Source of the DNA: Nemertoderma westbladi
Taxonomy: Eukaryota > Animalia > Xenacoelomorpha
Assembly (NCBI GenBank): GCA_032718475.1
Contig: JAUCBJ010001398.1
Location: 1-64,000, forward strand
Reading direction: 5' to 3'
Length of the DNA: 64,000 nucleotides
Shown here: in pieces, positions 37,509 through 51,500 of the stretch
Numbering within the stretch: position 1 is the first letter of the stretch
How the letters are laid out: each line of letters starts with the position of its first letter
Notes under the pieces: model-generated
Seen by the model: the letters and a program-made list of their open reading frames with translations, nothing else
Databases searched by the model: none
What the model was told of the DNA's origin: nothing
Translations under genes and position numbers: made by a program

Positions 37509-39801
37509 ATTATGACGAGTTATACATTTATATGTTATCATTATTGATAAATCATTATATCATTAAACATTAACATCTATAGGCTGTACAATTTATCATC
37601 ATTGTGGATATAATCTTTTATAACATAGACAGACATGCACGTTCGTGGGGCCTTCGCGCAGGACGAAGTAAGAAACCAGACAGACCGACCGACTTACCGA
37701 CAGAATGACGGTTGAAACAGCGGCAATCCCACATTGTTTCGTTGCTCGCCCAACAACGCATCTGTGTGTTGTTTCCTTATATGTGCACCTCTTCCCTAAT
37801 TGTATATTATGTACATTCATTGTTTCCTTATATGTGCACCACTTCCCTAATCGTATATTATGTACATTCATTGTTTTCATTTAAATTTTGAAAACTTCTT
37901 ACATTTTTCTTAAGCTTCTTTTGCTTTGTATTCGTATTCATTGATGAGTTGATTACCATATTAAAATTAAATTGCACTATACTAAGGCCGCGTGTGCCTT
38001 TTGTGCTAATAATTACAGGTTTGTTGCCAATGTAGAAATCTCAGAATAAGTCGGGCCATTTAGTTTCTATGTGAATCTCCGATAAAGAGTAAATCAGCCC
38101 AAGCAAGTAATGTGACGTGACAGTATCAGTATGTGCGTGAGGGAGTGACATTACCGAATCTACGGTGTATTATGTTGGAGTGAAAAGGACGAGTAATTAC
38201 TGAAACCTTCGGAACGCAATCCTAGGTCGACCTCGTTTAAATCGGCAGTGCACGTGATGCTCCGTCAACGACAGCCCCAAGGTTAGACAAGGGCAGTGTG
38301 TATGGCTCACTTGTACCTACCGGTAGCGGTATGCCACCTACCTCCGGTGCGTGTCTGCCCTCTCGCTTGCGTTGTTCTGTAGTGTATCGCGCTCCGAAAG
38401 CCCGGTTTTGTGCTAACCGTCTATCAGCGGGGGCCCCAAGGCCTCACCAGTACTTAAATGCGGATTGTGCACCTTTTCAAGCTTTTAGGGTTAATAACAC
38501 TCTACTTCTTTACCACCAATGGGGTTATGTTTTTCTTGCGGCCGATTCGACAATGGGAAAAAAAATAAAATTTTGTGTTTCTAACGTAGGTAAACAGCTC
38601 TCCAATGCCAATACAACAGGCAATTAACGACGCAAGTTGAAAGAAACATTGTTTGGAGTAACAATAGCAAATATAGGGCTAATCTACAACTAGGGTGTGG
38701 TTCTTACCGGGTCGGCAGGCGTGCGGCGATATCCACTGAGTTTAGAGCTACTAATTCTTTTATTATCCTCAGAAATAAGTGTGTCCTTTATGTCGTAATG
38801 CGAATGTCATAAAGTAACTACAATTGTTGGTGGTGGTGTCGGGTGCGCTACTAAATACGCACTACACAGCACTCGACCACAGACAGCCAACAGGGTTTAT
38901 ATATATAAAAAATGTATATGTGTGATGTCGGGCGATCTACAAAATATGCCTTTAAATGACTATGCTTGAGCTGCACAAAAATGATACAAGATTTTAGTAA
39001 ATTTTCAAAATTTCTTAAACTTATGGATTGCTTAAAAATAATAAAATCAAACTTATTGAAATTTTCGTATTTGGGAAATCTTTATACATTGTATGAAATC
39101 TATGTAATGTTTATAGTTTATCAATTAAAATACCCGAGAAACGTAAGCTTGGACGGCCAGATGTGGTCGAACTGGTGATCTCCTACTTTGGGAATTGTTA
39201 TGACATTTGCTAACATTTAAACAATGTTACCATGTGAATGTCTAAAACGTAAGCGTCCGGTAACTTCAAAGACTTACAGAGTTTCACTCTTAATTTATTA
39301 TACATCAACAGAATTCAATTCAATGCAAAACTTTTAGCGTTGCAATGAATTTTATTCCAAAATTGTAACATCCTCAACGCCGTTAATATTAACAGCGAGT
39401 TGTTATTTATTAGCACTTTACAACTTTAGAGGTCATTACAGCCTGCACATTTAGTGATATATTATTATGTCCCAACAGAGCGACTTTACAGTGCATTCGT
39501 TCAATGCAAGTGAACCTGAAACTTGGGATCGCTATGGTTACCACATAAACAATAATTGGTATTTATTATTAATTGCCTGACAGCCAGGTAGGCATACTGT
39601 ATTACCTACCGGTAACACTACCAGTCTACAATGGCTTTTAAGCGTAACGTAAATAAGATTCTAGATTTTTATAGCTAACGTTTTTATAACATAATTTATG
39701 TCATTTTTACATTTATTTATACAGCAACTAATTTAATTTGTGCAGTTTCTATCACTTATAATATATATATACAATCATTTCGTAAAGTTAAAATTTTGGA
39801 A

Positions 39802-39957
39802 TAAAACTACATACATACTTGTTGCTTTACAGTGCTTTACAGTGTTCTGATCCTCGTGGCTTTATTCTCACTCACTCACTACGTTCGTTCGTGTAACAAA
39901 GCACTCGGATCATCACACTGTAAAGTGCTACTTTACACACAGTATGTAAATAGTTAT
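39802..39957. mobile_element. Short palindromic interspersed element
   Basis: TTTACAGTG..TGATCC..CACTCACT/TTCGTG..GGATCA..CACTGTAAA symmetry; related copies at ~8395-8520 and around 25805-26760. Confidence 0.55.
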
Positions 39958-42900
39958 TACACCCTAAAATATCAATTAAATTTATAAAATCACCCGTTTG
40001 GTGTCCATCAAACAGCTGGCATCTTTGGTGTACCTACAGACCCTTCTTACATCACATCACTCCTACAGTAGGCGCATATAGCATCTAAGCTACTCATTCT
40101 AGCATCAAAGCATCTCCATTTCTCGCTCAGTCCTACATGGGATTGAGTAATTGCTCCACATATAGCCTCAGGTAAAACACAGTCATTACACGCCAAGACA
40201 AACGATCCTCCGAGGGGGGCATCACGCCTGGCCCTTCTACGTGTAGCGTTTAATTCGAGTCGCTATTGTAAGTTGAAACCAGATCGTAATAACCCGATAT
40301 GCTGTGTCCCTCGAGTTTACCTAACTAATCCGGCCCCGTCGCCATCGTCCCGCAGGACAGCGGCCATCATTTATCTTATACTGAGCAATCAAATAGTAGT
40401 GGCTACGTGCGATGTACGTCGCTTACCTTTCTAAACGTATCAAATCTCCCTGGGAACACCGCTGTGATGGGAACCCCCCCTTACCGCCCTAGGCTGTACA
40501 TGTCGGATGTGGGATGGGGTCGAACCTGCTATATTCTGATGCAGTCCTTCCTTCCTCCAGGCAATCCTTTTGTACATTAGGGTTCTGTGCTCCTTTGTCG
40601 GGTCCCAACAGTCCATTATATATTTATCATTATCATTGTATTTTGACTCGACCTAAAATATTCTCATTGCTTTATCGCGTTTCACATTTGATACAATTAT
40701 AATTTACGACGGTTTTGGATGTAAACGTTACGCAGATGACCAAAAGGGAAATTATAAATGTTACAGTGGCGGCGGGCTATTCTAACCAAAACAATAAACG
40801 AGAGCGTATTTATTTTTGTTCATAATAGCGGTTGTCGACTGTCGTGTCGACTGTCGGTTTTCGGCTTGCGTTTACGGAGTTTCGATACATCCGCTTGCTT
40901 TTACCGCCTATACCGCATAGAATACTGTAATGTGAAGTTTTACATTAAATATACGAAGAATCTTGTCTTTTAAATATTTTCGATTTACCTTACCAGTATT
41001 ACGTAGATCTGAAGTTATATATAGCTATTAATATCTTTAACATTTTAACATTGTTATTTCATATTGCATATTTACATTACATACTTTATATTTGTTTATA
41101 TACATGGACACCAACCCTTTTGGCCCCAATTTATCCCCCAAAAGACACGTGTCACGCACTTCGCATTTATTTTTCTTTGTATTTCCCACGATATTTCGGT
41201 TTGGCTTGGCAAGAGACCCACGATTCGTGCCACTAGCCAAAGGGCCAGCGATTTTGTCCCCGTAAACCTACTGACACATACGCATTCGCGAACACCCTAA
41301 CGCATATCACTTACTAACCCCTGAATCCATTAGCAAGCAGCAGAATAAATAATGCGCCGTGGGTCTCCCCTCTCTTTAGGGTTCGTCGGGCCCCTGTAAA
41401 GATCGATACACAGAGACCCAGTCTGTGTAGAGAGCCACGTGTCGCAAACACACGGCCCCTCCCCATGGTTCGCCTTTCACACAAACCCCAACCTATTTCC
41501 TACGCCACTTTCGCGTAGTTTCCAACCTTTTTCTTATCATTAGTAGTTTATACTGTTTCTTGCATTATTCCATTCTATTATATAGCCGTAATATATAATA
41601 GCTATAACTAAGGCGAGTTCGTTAACCAACGCGTTGGTAAACGGTTCAAATGAGACCGGATAATTATTCTGGGGTTTGATTTCCCATAATTAGTCGCTGA
41701 ATGCAGATAAAGCTAATTAGTTTGTATATGTAAACGTGATAATTCAATAAAAACGAAACCCAAGCTTGTTTATATTTCTTATGGCTCCTATTGAATGTCG
41801 CAGTTTTCTTTGTTATATTTGGTTGTTTTATGGCGAAGCCCCATTTGTACTATATTACATTATTAATCTCAATATCTCGATACTTTTTATCAAAATGCAA
41901 AACTCACCACCCACCAACTTTACTTTTGGATTTATTATTATTATTTCTTTATACCTTGGTTATTTCGAAAAACTTCAGTACTTTGCTGATGAGAAAGTCA
42001 TTGAAACAGTGACATTGTTTTTTTATTATTCAATCGTAGGGGGGCCGCTCCCCAACTTAATCATATCGGTTGTTCGGTCACATTGTATTCTTCCGTGGAG
42101 CCACGCTCCTTCCTGTTATTTTACAAGATTCTCGTGTAAAAATTATCTTTCAACCTCATTTAACGATGTTTTGTACGACGCAAACACCGTTCATATCGGT
42201 AGCACGGAGTCTGCGTGTCCGACATGTTTTTCCGTTTAACCCATAACTAAAGACGAATGAACTGTAACACCACAATGGGGACCTAAAGAAAGCCGTGAGC
42301 CCGTAGGTGCACAGACACGCGACTTATAGGCTTATGGGCCTTGTGATTTGGTCCCATCCTTGGCCCCATCAGCCCGCATTCAATCTCATACCCAATTCGG
42401 GCCTTAACGCCAACTATCTACGTTCGGAAACGTGTCGAAAACCCACAATCCCATCCCGTAATGGGACATGCGAACCCCGAACGGTAGTAACTTCCTTCAC
42501 AGCGACGCCTTCAAGAAACCTTTTATTTACTTTGCATATAAAACCGACTATCTTTCCCTTTATATTTCTCTCTTCATCCGTGTTTACGGAATTACAAACG
42601 TTTGCCGTCAATAAAGTGCCGCGCTAATGGACCAGCGAACCTCGCGTGGTTTTTGTTTCTCTGAATGAGCTTAATTGTGCGAGTTTTCGTGATGTTACAG
42701 AAGGATTAGCAGTTGTGCTATGGTTGGGCATTATCTTTATTATAATAAGGCCCCTGTTTCAACCCAATGTCTAATGGTGCATTAAATCTAAGCCAAATCG
42801 TTTGTTTGTCCACTCTTATCTAACTAGCAAAATCCGAAAGGACAGTTGTCAAGGTAACAACAGCTGGCGTCATAACAAAACTATAGAAAATTTTACATTT

Positions 42901-43459
42901 TACCTTAAATGAGAAAACAGAGCTTTCTTGTGGTGCCAATTGATCTTATATACCCCTCGGAATGTAACTGAAATGAAAACTGAAAACTAATAATAATAAT
43001 ACAAAACAAAGCAATTAATTAAGCATATATGTTTAAGGCATTTAAACGTCGGTCTGAATTCCTACCTTGAAAGTATTATATAAATTAGAGCTACTATACC
43101 GCAGTTTTAATTTATTAATTCCATAATTATTAATGTAAGCCTAGTAGATATTATGTGTTATTATAAAAGTCTGGTATTGTATAATAATATTAGTTATAAA
43201 TTGAAATTGATTGGGTTTTCAGGGTTTCTTTTTTCGGTACACCTATACATACATTATAACCTACTGTATGTTCATTATTATGTAAGTATTCTGTGTACAA
43301 ACTGAACCTGGCAGTTTTCAACTATAGCGCTTTGTGCGCCTGTTGTTATGAATATTAATAATAATAATAATATTAATAATAATGAATAACAATTCGAATA
43401 ACATCGAATCAACTTCGATAACAACGATTTAAATAATAATAATGAAAAACTAATATTAA

Positions 43460-43989
43460 TGAGTTAACTTGCACTATTATTGAGTTAACTTGCACTATTA
43501 TTGAGTTAACTTGCACTATTATTGAGTTAACTTGCACTATTATTGAATTAACTTGCACTATTATTGAGTTAACTTGCACTACTATTGAGTTAACTTGCAC
43601 TATTATTGAGTTAACTTGCACTATTATTGAGTTAACTTGCACTATTATTGAGTTAACTTGCACTATTATTGAGTTAACTTGCACTATTATTGAGTTAACT
43701 TGCACTATTATTGAGTTAACTTGCACTATTATTGAGTTAACTTGCACTATTAGTATTATTGAGTTAACTTGCACTATTATTGAGTTAACTTGCACTATTA
43801 TTGAGTTAACTTGCACTATTATTGAGTTAACTTGCACTATTATTGAGTTAACTTGCACTATTATTGAGTTAACTTGCACTATTATTGAGTTAACTTGCAC
43901 TATTATTGAGTTAACTTGCACTATTATTGAGTTAACTTGCACTATTATTGAGTTAACTTGCACTATTATTGAGTTAACTTGCACTATCA
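43460..43989. repeat. 21-bp minisatellite, about 25 near-identical copies
   Basis: TGAGTTAACTTGCACTATTAT; one 6-bp insertion near 43750. Confidence 0.97.
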
Positions 43990-45206
43990 TACGTTATTAT
44001 ACAACTTTTATAATATGTTATTTTCAAAACACGAATTATTTATTGCGACTTATTATTTGTGGTTTACTATATTATTTTCTTACACTTTCGAATAATACCT
44101 ATTCGTTTCTTTAATGTGGTAAAATCTTTAAATTGTTGGATGTGTAAATGACGTTATATATGTATCAAACACACGTGATGCTGTTGCGAACAAGAATAAG
44201 ACATGCCGGTATAGTTATACATTATAGCAGTAATAATTAATAAATAATGTATTAATTAATTAATTATTATTAATGTTACTCTAAGTTAGAGGGAACTACC
44301 CGAAGTGTAAAGTGGTCATCCTAATGTATAAAGTGCAACAAACACTATAGTAATATAATGTAGTAAGTAAAATATATATTTTCCGTTGTTACGTAAAGTA
44401 TTTTTATTGACTATTTAATACGGTGTAGGTAACAGCAACAGTCCGGTGCCCCCTAGCAATAATTAATTCATTCATTCATTTATCCCGTGTATTTGTTGGT
44501 GGAGGTGAAGCTTCTATTTAAAGCGCCCATGTTACCCAGACCACTGGTTTCTTAACTGTCACTTACACTATTTGAACACCATAACCCCGCTCCCCGATTA
44601 TGTTACATTTGTTGAATTTTCTGGTTAGACCTCTGTTGGGGTGGCTTGTGGCCACCTTCCTGGCGCCACCGTATCATTTAGAGACACGGCGTTCTTCACA
44701 GTTGGATGAGACTCTCTGTCTGTAACCTCTCAACCAACCCGCACATTAATCTCAAATTGGAACTGTAGGCTGGGGAAGGTATCACGTTGCCCAGTTGATT
44801 GAAGTTTGTATTGCGTAACGCCATTTGGGGTCTATTTGAAGCGTAGCGGGGTGCTAAACTAACCTTTGCCATTGACAGATGTCTCCGCTTTCAGACAACT
44901 TGAGAGAACATGCTAGGTGCTAGACTGTAGCTGCAGTTGAACTGTAACAAAATGAATTCGATTATCGTTTTACTACATATACGTAGACGGTAGACCTCTA
45001 TGCGATGTGTCCCTGTTGTACACCGTACACGTGTATCGTACCCCGCTGCATCCATGAGTGCAAAATATAATTTACTTTCGATAATTTTACATAATCTTTA
45101 CTTCCTAACAAACCAAAGTAAAACATCCTGTGAAATGCAATTATTATTCATGTGGAATTTATAATATGTAATTACATATTTGTTTATATTTCAGTGTGAA
45201 TGAATA

Positions 45207-47991
45207 ATGAATGACAGTAACAGTGACCCACAGTCTCAGCTGAAGACCCTAGGGCCCGTACCAGACTACGCCAGCAACCTACTATATCTTCTCCGCACCG
45301 ACCACTCTCTCTCTGACGTCACACTGGTATCCTCCAATGGGGAGGAGTTTCCTTGCCATCGGGCCGTTATCGCCTCCCAGTCTCTATACTTCAAGGCGAT
45401 GTTCACCTCAACTATGAGAGAAAGTAACGAGAGGACGGTTCACTTTCAGGTTAATATTATAACTCAAACACAGAAATATCAAACGGTTAAAAATAAATAT
45501 TAATGTGATTTTAATTAAATTATAAGTAGTTCGTGTTATTAATACTCTCATAAATCAATATCATTTATTTCTATTACGATTTTCAGATTAAATTTTTATT
45601 TAATTTCAAAATCTATCATATAAGCCAATAAGTAAATAACCATCAAAATTATCTTAAACTATATAATTATTGTGCCCATATTAATGCCCCCCCCCCCCCC
45701 CCCACAGGACATACACGCGTCTACATTATCCACCCTGGTAGAATTTATCTACACGGGTCGTCTGCTGTTGAACCTCCGCTGTCTCGAGGACGTGGTCGGC
45801 GCTGTGAGCTACCTCCAGATGCGTCCGGCAGCGCTGCTATGCGGCCAATTCATCCGGGATTCGCTCTCCCTGGAGACCTGCGTGACACTGCTGAACTGCG
45901 CGGAGACCCTGGTGGGGCTGGCTGACGGACTGATTGAACCCATTCGGATTTACATCCTCAACAACTTCGATTACTTCCTCGTCCGCGGGTTTCATCATGA
46001 ACTCTCTCTGAATCAACTAATCGGGTTTATTTCTTCCGATTCGGTTGTCATTTCAAACGAATTGTTTCTGTTGGATAAAGTTATCGAGTGGACCAACTTA
46101 CGGAGTCCTTCCGCCGCTGGTGAGGCGGATCTTATTAGTCGTATTCGATTTACTTTGATTCCTCCGAATATTCTAGAAAGTATGTTGTCTAGCAACGACG
46201 AGGAGGGTGGGGAGTCCTGGTTGATAGGGAAACACCCGCCTCTCAAGGAGTCTATCGAGTCGGCATTGGCGTATCACAAGTCCCCCCATCGGCAAGTCGG
46301 ACTGGATTCCGAGACGACTCGAATTCGTTCCGACCAGGAGAAACTCGTCTGCGTAACCCCGGCCAGCTTTCGGTCTACGTCGCAACTCGCGACTTTCTGT
46401 TGGCGTTGCTTCACGTGGCGCGGCTACGTGACCACGGTCCCGCCCTTCGGGGGGAGCAACTTCCGGTCGACGGTTTCTCTCGCCGTCATCGCGAACTTCC
46501 TCTACGTCGGCGTCGGGACGCTGCTCTACCGGTACGACCCCGCGCACGACGCGTGGTTGCGCGCGGCCGCTATGCGTCACACGCGTCACGACTTCGCGTT
46601 GTCCGCTTTGGACGGGCGGCTGTACGCGGTGGGCGGCTACGCGCAGCATGCCAGCGAGCAGGGACACATACTGCACTCGGTGGAGCGCTACGAGCCGGAT
46701 CGCAACGAGTGGATCGAGGTTGCCCCGACCCCGGTTGCCGTTACCAACCAGGCCAACTGCGTCTGCGACGGCAGTATGTACCTCTCCGGCGGGTACAAGT
46801 CCAACTTCGAATTCCAGTCGGTGATGCTTCGATACGACCCGACCACGGTATCCGATCCGGCGACGGTTTTGGCTGCGGACCCGGATACGGTACCGGACCC
46901 GGACTCAGTACCGACCGGTTCCTGGAAAGTTTGCGCGCCCATGCCGGAAGCCAAGACCTACCATCGTATGGTAGCCTACAAGGGTCGCGTTTACACATTC
47001 GGGGGTCTGTGTAAGTCAATGGAATTGAACAACTACCATTCGACCCCATTGGTTCATTGCTACACCCCCTGGACTGACTCCTGGGTTGCCTTGGATACGG
47101 AGATGCCTAAACCGCTATATCGTTGCCAGGTATATCGTAATTATTCATTATTTAATTACTTTCATTTCGCTTTCATTCTCCCGATTCAATCATGAATAGG
47201 GAGTCGTAATGTTGCCTAACTTGAATTACTTTACATACTAATGAGTTTTATTATATTTGGTTGACAAATGAGTGGATGTGGCCTAATTGCGGTCTCTGGG
47301 TTGGAGGAGATAATAGTCCTTTTATTGAGTCAGGTGGAACACACCGGAATCTTTTAATATTTTACATTAACAACATATCAGAATATTTACTTTATCGCAT
47401 TGTTCAGACAGTCTATATTAGTTAAGTAGATAATTGATATATGCGAATTAAGACTCCCATCGCTCTATAATAACACCAAATAACTAAGTAAATTGAGCGA
47501 ATCTGACATATTATAACAAATAATTGTCTATAAACGTTACTTTCGGTAACCTTTATGACTCATTGGCTCAATCTACTTGCCTGTTTATTTCAGTTTAGTT
47601 ACAGTTTACATGATATTATTATTATTATTGTTGTGACGTCACTATATCCATGTATCGCAGTCATTACATGTATCGCCGTTTGTATAATTGTATGTAAGTG
47701 TGATCAGCGGTTATTTATACTATATTTCAGGTGGTTCTGATTGGCCAGGAGGTCTACGTGTGCGGCGGCTACGAACGTCTGTCCCGTTACAGCGAGGAGG
47801 TCTACATCTACGCGATGGAGACTAACCGATGGCGACGTGCCTCCTTCGCGATGCCAATGTCGCCGCCGCTGGCCTGCGCGCTGCTCCGGTTCCCGTCCCA
47901 GAGCACGTGTACGTCGCCGGCGTGTGTAGGCGTAGTGCAGGATACGGGACTGTGGGGCGGGACGCCGGGGGGCTCTGCGACGGCGTGGTAG
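45207..47991 (+). CDS. Kelch-like BTB-BACK-Kelch protein, ~641 aa; exons 45207-45449, 45708-47129, 47731-47991
   Basis: BTB (SDVTLV..FPCHRAVIASQSLYFKAMFT..MRE), BACK (SNELFLLDKVIEW..IRFTLI) and Kelch repeats (LYAVGG..SVERYEP..W; MYLSGG; VYTFGG; VYVCGG). GT-AG introns, both phase 0. An acceptor at 45195 suggests an upstream exon. Confidence 0.92.
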
Positions 47992-48560
47992 AGCTGGGAC
48001 TGGGACACAGTGGTAGCGATGGGACACCGTGGTAGCGATGGACACCGTGGTAGCGATGGACTGGGACACAGTGGTAGCGATGGGACACCGTGGTAGTGAT
48101 GGACACCGTGGTAGCGATGGATACCGTGGTACCGAGGGACTGGGACACATTGGTAGCGATGGGACACCGTGGTACCGATGCATTGGTACACAGTGGTAGC
48201 GATGGGACACCGTGGTACCGAGGGACTGGTACACAGTGATAGCGATGGGACACCGTGGTACCGAGGGACTGGTACACAGTGGTAGCGATGGGACACCGTG
48301 GTAGCGATGGGACACCGAGGGACTGGTACACAGTGGTAGCGATGGGACACCGTGGTACCGAGGGACTGGTACCCAGTGGTAGCGATGGGACACCGTGGTA
48401 GCGATGGGACACCGTGGAACCGAGGGACTGGTACCCAGTGGTAGCGATGGGACACCGTGGTAGCGATGGGACACCGTGGTAGCGATGGGACACCGTGGTA
48501 CCGAGGGACTGGTACACAGTGGTAGCGATGGGACACCGTGGTAGCGATGGGACACAGTAT
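47984..48560. repeat. Composite minisatellite of ~19-bp and ~24-bp units in the Kelch 3'UTR
   Basis: GTGGTAGCGATGGGACACC interleaved with GTGGTACCGAGGGACTGGTACACA. Confidence 0.95.
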
Positions 48561-51500
48561 GGTAACATCGGACTGCGACACCATGGACACATATAGGTAC
48601 TAAAGTGAACATAACTGGTCCTCATTTTAAGTTCACTAAACACAAGTTAAATATTATCCCAGAGTTATTAGAGAAGTTACAGTAGCCAGTCGTAAGTTTC
48701 GAGTCATGTCATTCAGTTGTCAATTATTCATTTCGGGAATATATCATTCGATTATACAGCCAAACACAATAAATTACTTTGAGTTGGGGCTTACGACGAA
48801 TTCGAAGTTTAATTTGATACAGCTATAGGCATACCCGCCCCTCACAGTGTATTGTAAGTTTACCGTCCTATGCCATGATTGGTCCATGTTTGCTGTTGTG
48901 TTACACTAACTATTGGCTAACTATCAGCCATCCAATCTCCTCATTGGTTGACTTACTTCTGAAGCTAACAACAGGTCCTTCCTAGTATTTTTACAGTATA
49001 ATATCTTAACGCCAAAATTGTATTGTTAGAATTTGTTTGAATTATAATTTTGTTAGATGGTTATCATCTTGGATTAATATATTAATTGATTGTTTTTCAC
49101 ACTTCATAAATTAACGGTTATTGTTTTCTGACGACTTTTGTTAACTTTTCAAATGGTTCAAATGAAAGAGGAGAATTTAGACTTTTTATCTTCTTTAGAA
49201 TATCTGCCTGTTGAACGAGGTGTAGCGGCTGTACCATACCACCCTCCCAGAATGGTAAGTTTTATTTTTTGGTAAACAATGTTTAATGAATTATTGGTAG
49301 TTGTCGTCACCCGAACTCACCAAATATATCGAACATTTTTTTTTGTTGATTTTGGGTATCTTTCACGTCGAATACCGTTATATATTTTCTTCTGGAGTAT
49401 AAGCCTTTTGTAAAGCGTGCTCTTAGTAAGTGCATTAACAAATGACGACTACTTTACTACATTATTTGACGCGTGATCAATTTTAATTCATCCTTTATAA
49501 TTATTATAAATCTTTATCATTTGTCGTATATTTTGTTTGTAAATGATTATTTCTTTTATATATTCATATTATTTATAACTTGAGTTTAATAAAACACATT
49601 TCATTCTGAAATTTAATTTTTAATTTCGAATAAAATTACATATTGTACGAATAGCCTATGCGCTATCTATTTGATAAGATTGATAATAATGCTGATTTAT
49701 ATATTGATTAGTTCTATTCTCAATTATTAATCATCGGGGCGCTCGTATACTTTAAAATGCTTTGCATTGTAATCGTATAGTGCTAGTGATATATACTAAG
49801 CTTAAAAAATAAGTTAATTAAATTGTATACTTAAGATGAAGTTCTAGTTTGTTCTAGTCACCACTGGAATATTATTGGCAATAGCATTCTCGGGCTTCTA
49901 TACAGCTTTCGCACTTCGTATTTCTTCATCTTACACTTAACGGCAGCCTATGCTACTACCGAGCCACTACTGATGCTATGTGCTAGTATACATTGGTGCT
50001 ATATACACAGTTATACAATAACAGACAGACGGTATCGGACTTCCAACAGAAAGAAAGTAAGAAACCCTGACATTTCGGCTGGCAGCAATACGTCAGTTAC
50101 AAGACATGGGACGCTGTTTAGTTGTTATTATATTATTTACAGAGCGAACTAATAGTTTGCATTTGCACCAACACACTTACTTCTATCCCAGTTAGTGAAT
50201 TATCATTCTTATTATAGTGAAAGTGTATTGCAATATTGTTATAATGAACTCTAGTTATAAAAGTAAAGTCATGTTTTTGGTAAACGTAAAGCATTAAATA
50301 ATTGCCATAAAATGTGAATGAATTAATGAATTAGCGACAATATCGCGTTTAATGTGTCAACATGAACCTCTCCCATCCATCAGCCGTTGTCGCAACAACT
50401 CGGTTACAGTCCCGTATTCGTGAATCCTTGACTACTTTAGGAGTTCCCAGAATAATCCGTTGACAGTGTAAGCCTCCACTATTAGTAATCGTCGACCTTG
50501 GCGCATAAAACGGCACCCTTTACCGAATTATAGGCCCTTAATCCTCGAGTCCAAACCACATTGAATAGTATTCCGGTAGTTTATTTTGTGTCAAATCGTC
50601 AAAGAGGTATCAATTTGTGTTCTTTCTTAGATTTGTAATCCTTATTTATGCGTATTTTATTTATTAAGCCTTTGTTGTTGTCGCAAAAAGTAGCCATATT
50701 TTGGGTGTCAACTCTCTAGTCGTATTTTATTGTGTGTGTTGATTAACAACTTTCTATTTTTAATATTTTCCTATCAAGAATACATTGACATATTTTTTGT
50801 CAACTCCATGACCCCGCCCGCATCCCGACTTTAAGTTCCTGCTCTTACAGTCAATCCGATGATAACCAATGTTAAAATTGTCGGGGTCATGTAAAATTTT
50901 AGTCTCGTTTCGACTTGTTTTTTTTGGAACTTTCTGAGCCCCGTTTGCATCCAGCCACGAGGTTGCCTCTCATTCACCGTTTGTTTCTCCACACATTTCG
51001 TTGATAAATAAATTATTATTCTACTCCATTCCGACGCTCAACTTATTGAAATTTCAATAAACCCCGAAGGGACGAGCCCTGCCCCGTTTAACCAACAGCC
51101 GAGCGATATTGCTTCCCGAATCAATGTGTTTCTCGCGATTTCATAACACATCAGGATATTAAAACAACTGCGATATTAATCCGTCTGCGTCGGCCTTCCA
51201 GATATACTAGGCTGTTTAAATGTCCGCGGAATTTGGGCTCTTGGTGATTTACTATATTTCCCCAAGAATTAATATCATATATACAGCGATGAAATATTGC
51301 AAAGGGAATGTCAGCTTGCAACCGGTAACTGTATGTGTGTGTAGAAGTTGTTGCAGTAATATTATACATTGCAGGTTCTTGGTAGAAATTTTAGTCAATT
51401 TAAAGATTCAAAATAAATTTCATATAATATAAATGGTTATTTCATATTCGAATTCATAATATACTATTATTTTGTACTTTATGCCGACACTCACCTTCAT

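Noticed and set aside
42050-42620. Possible decayed LINE 3' region on the minus strand (..MSHYGMGLW..)
   Set aside because: Resemblance too weak and fragmented.
43409-43990. 193-aa (IVQVNSI)n ORF
   Set aside because: Stop-free frame of a 21-bp tandem repeat.
47704-48643. Three long minus-strand Cys/His/Pro-rich ORFs
   Set aside because: Translations of the minisatellite plus the antisense of Kelch exon 3.
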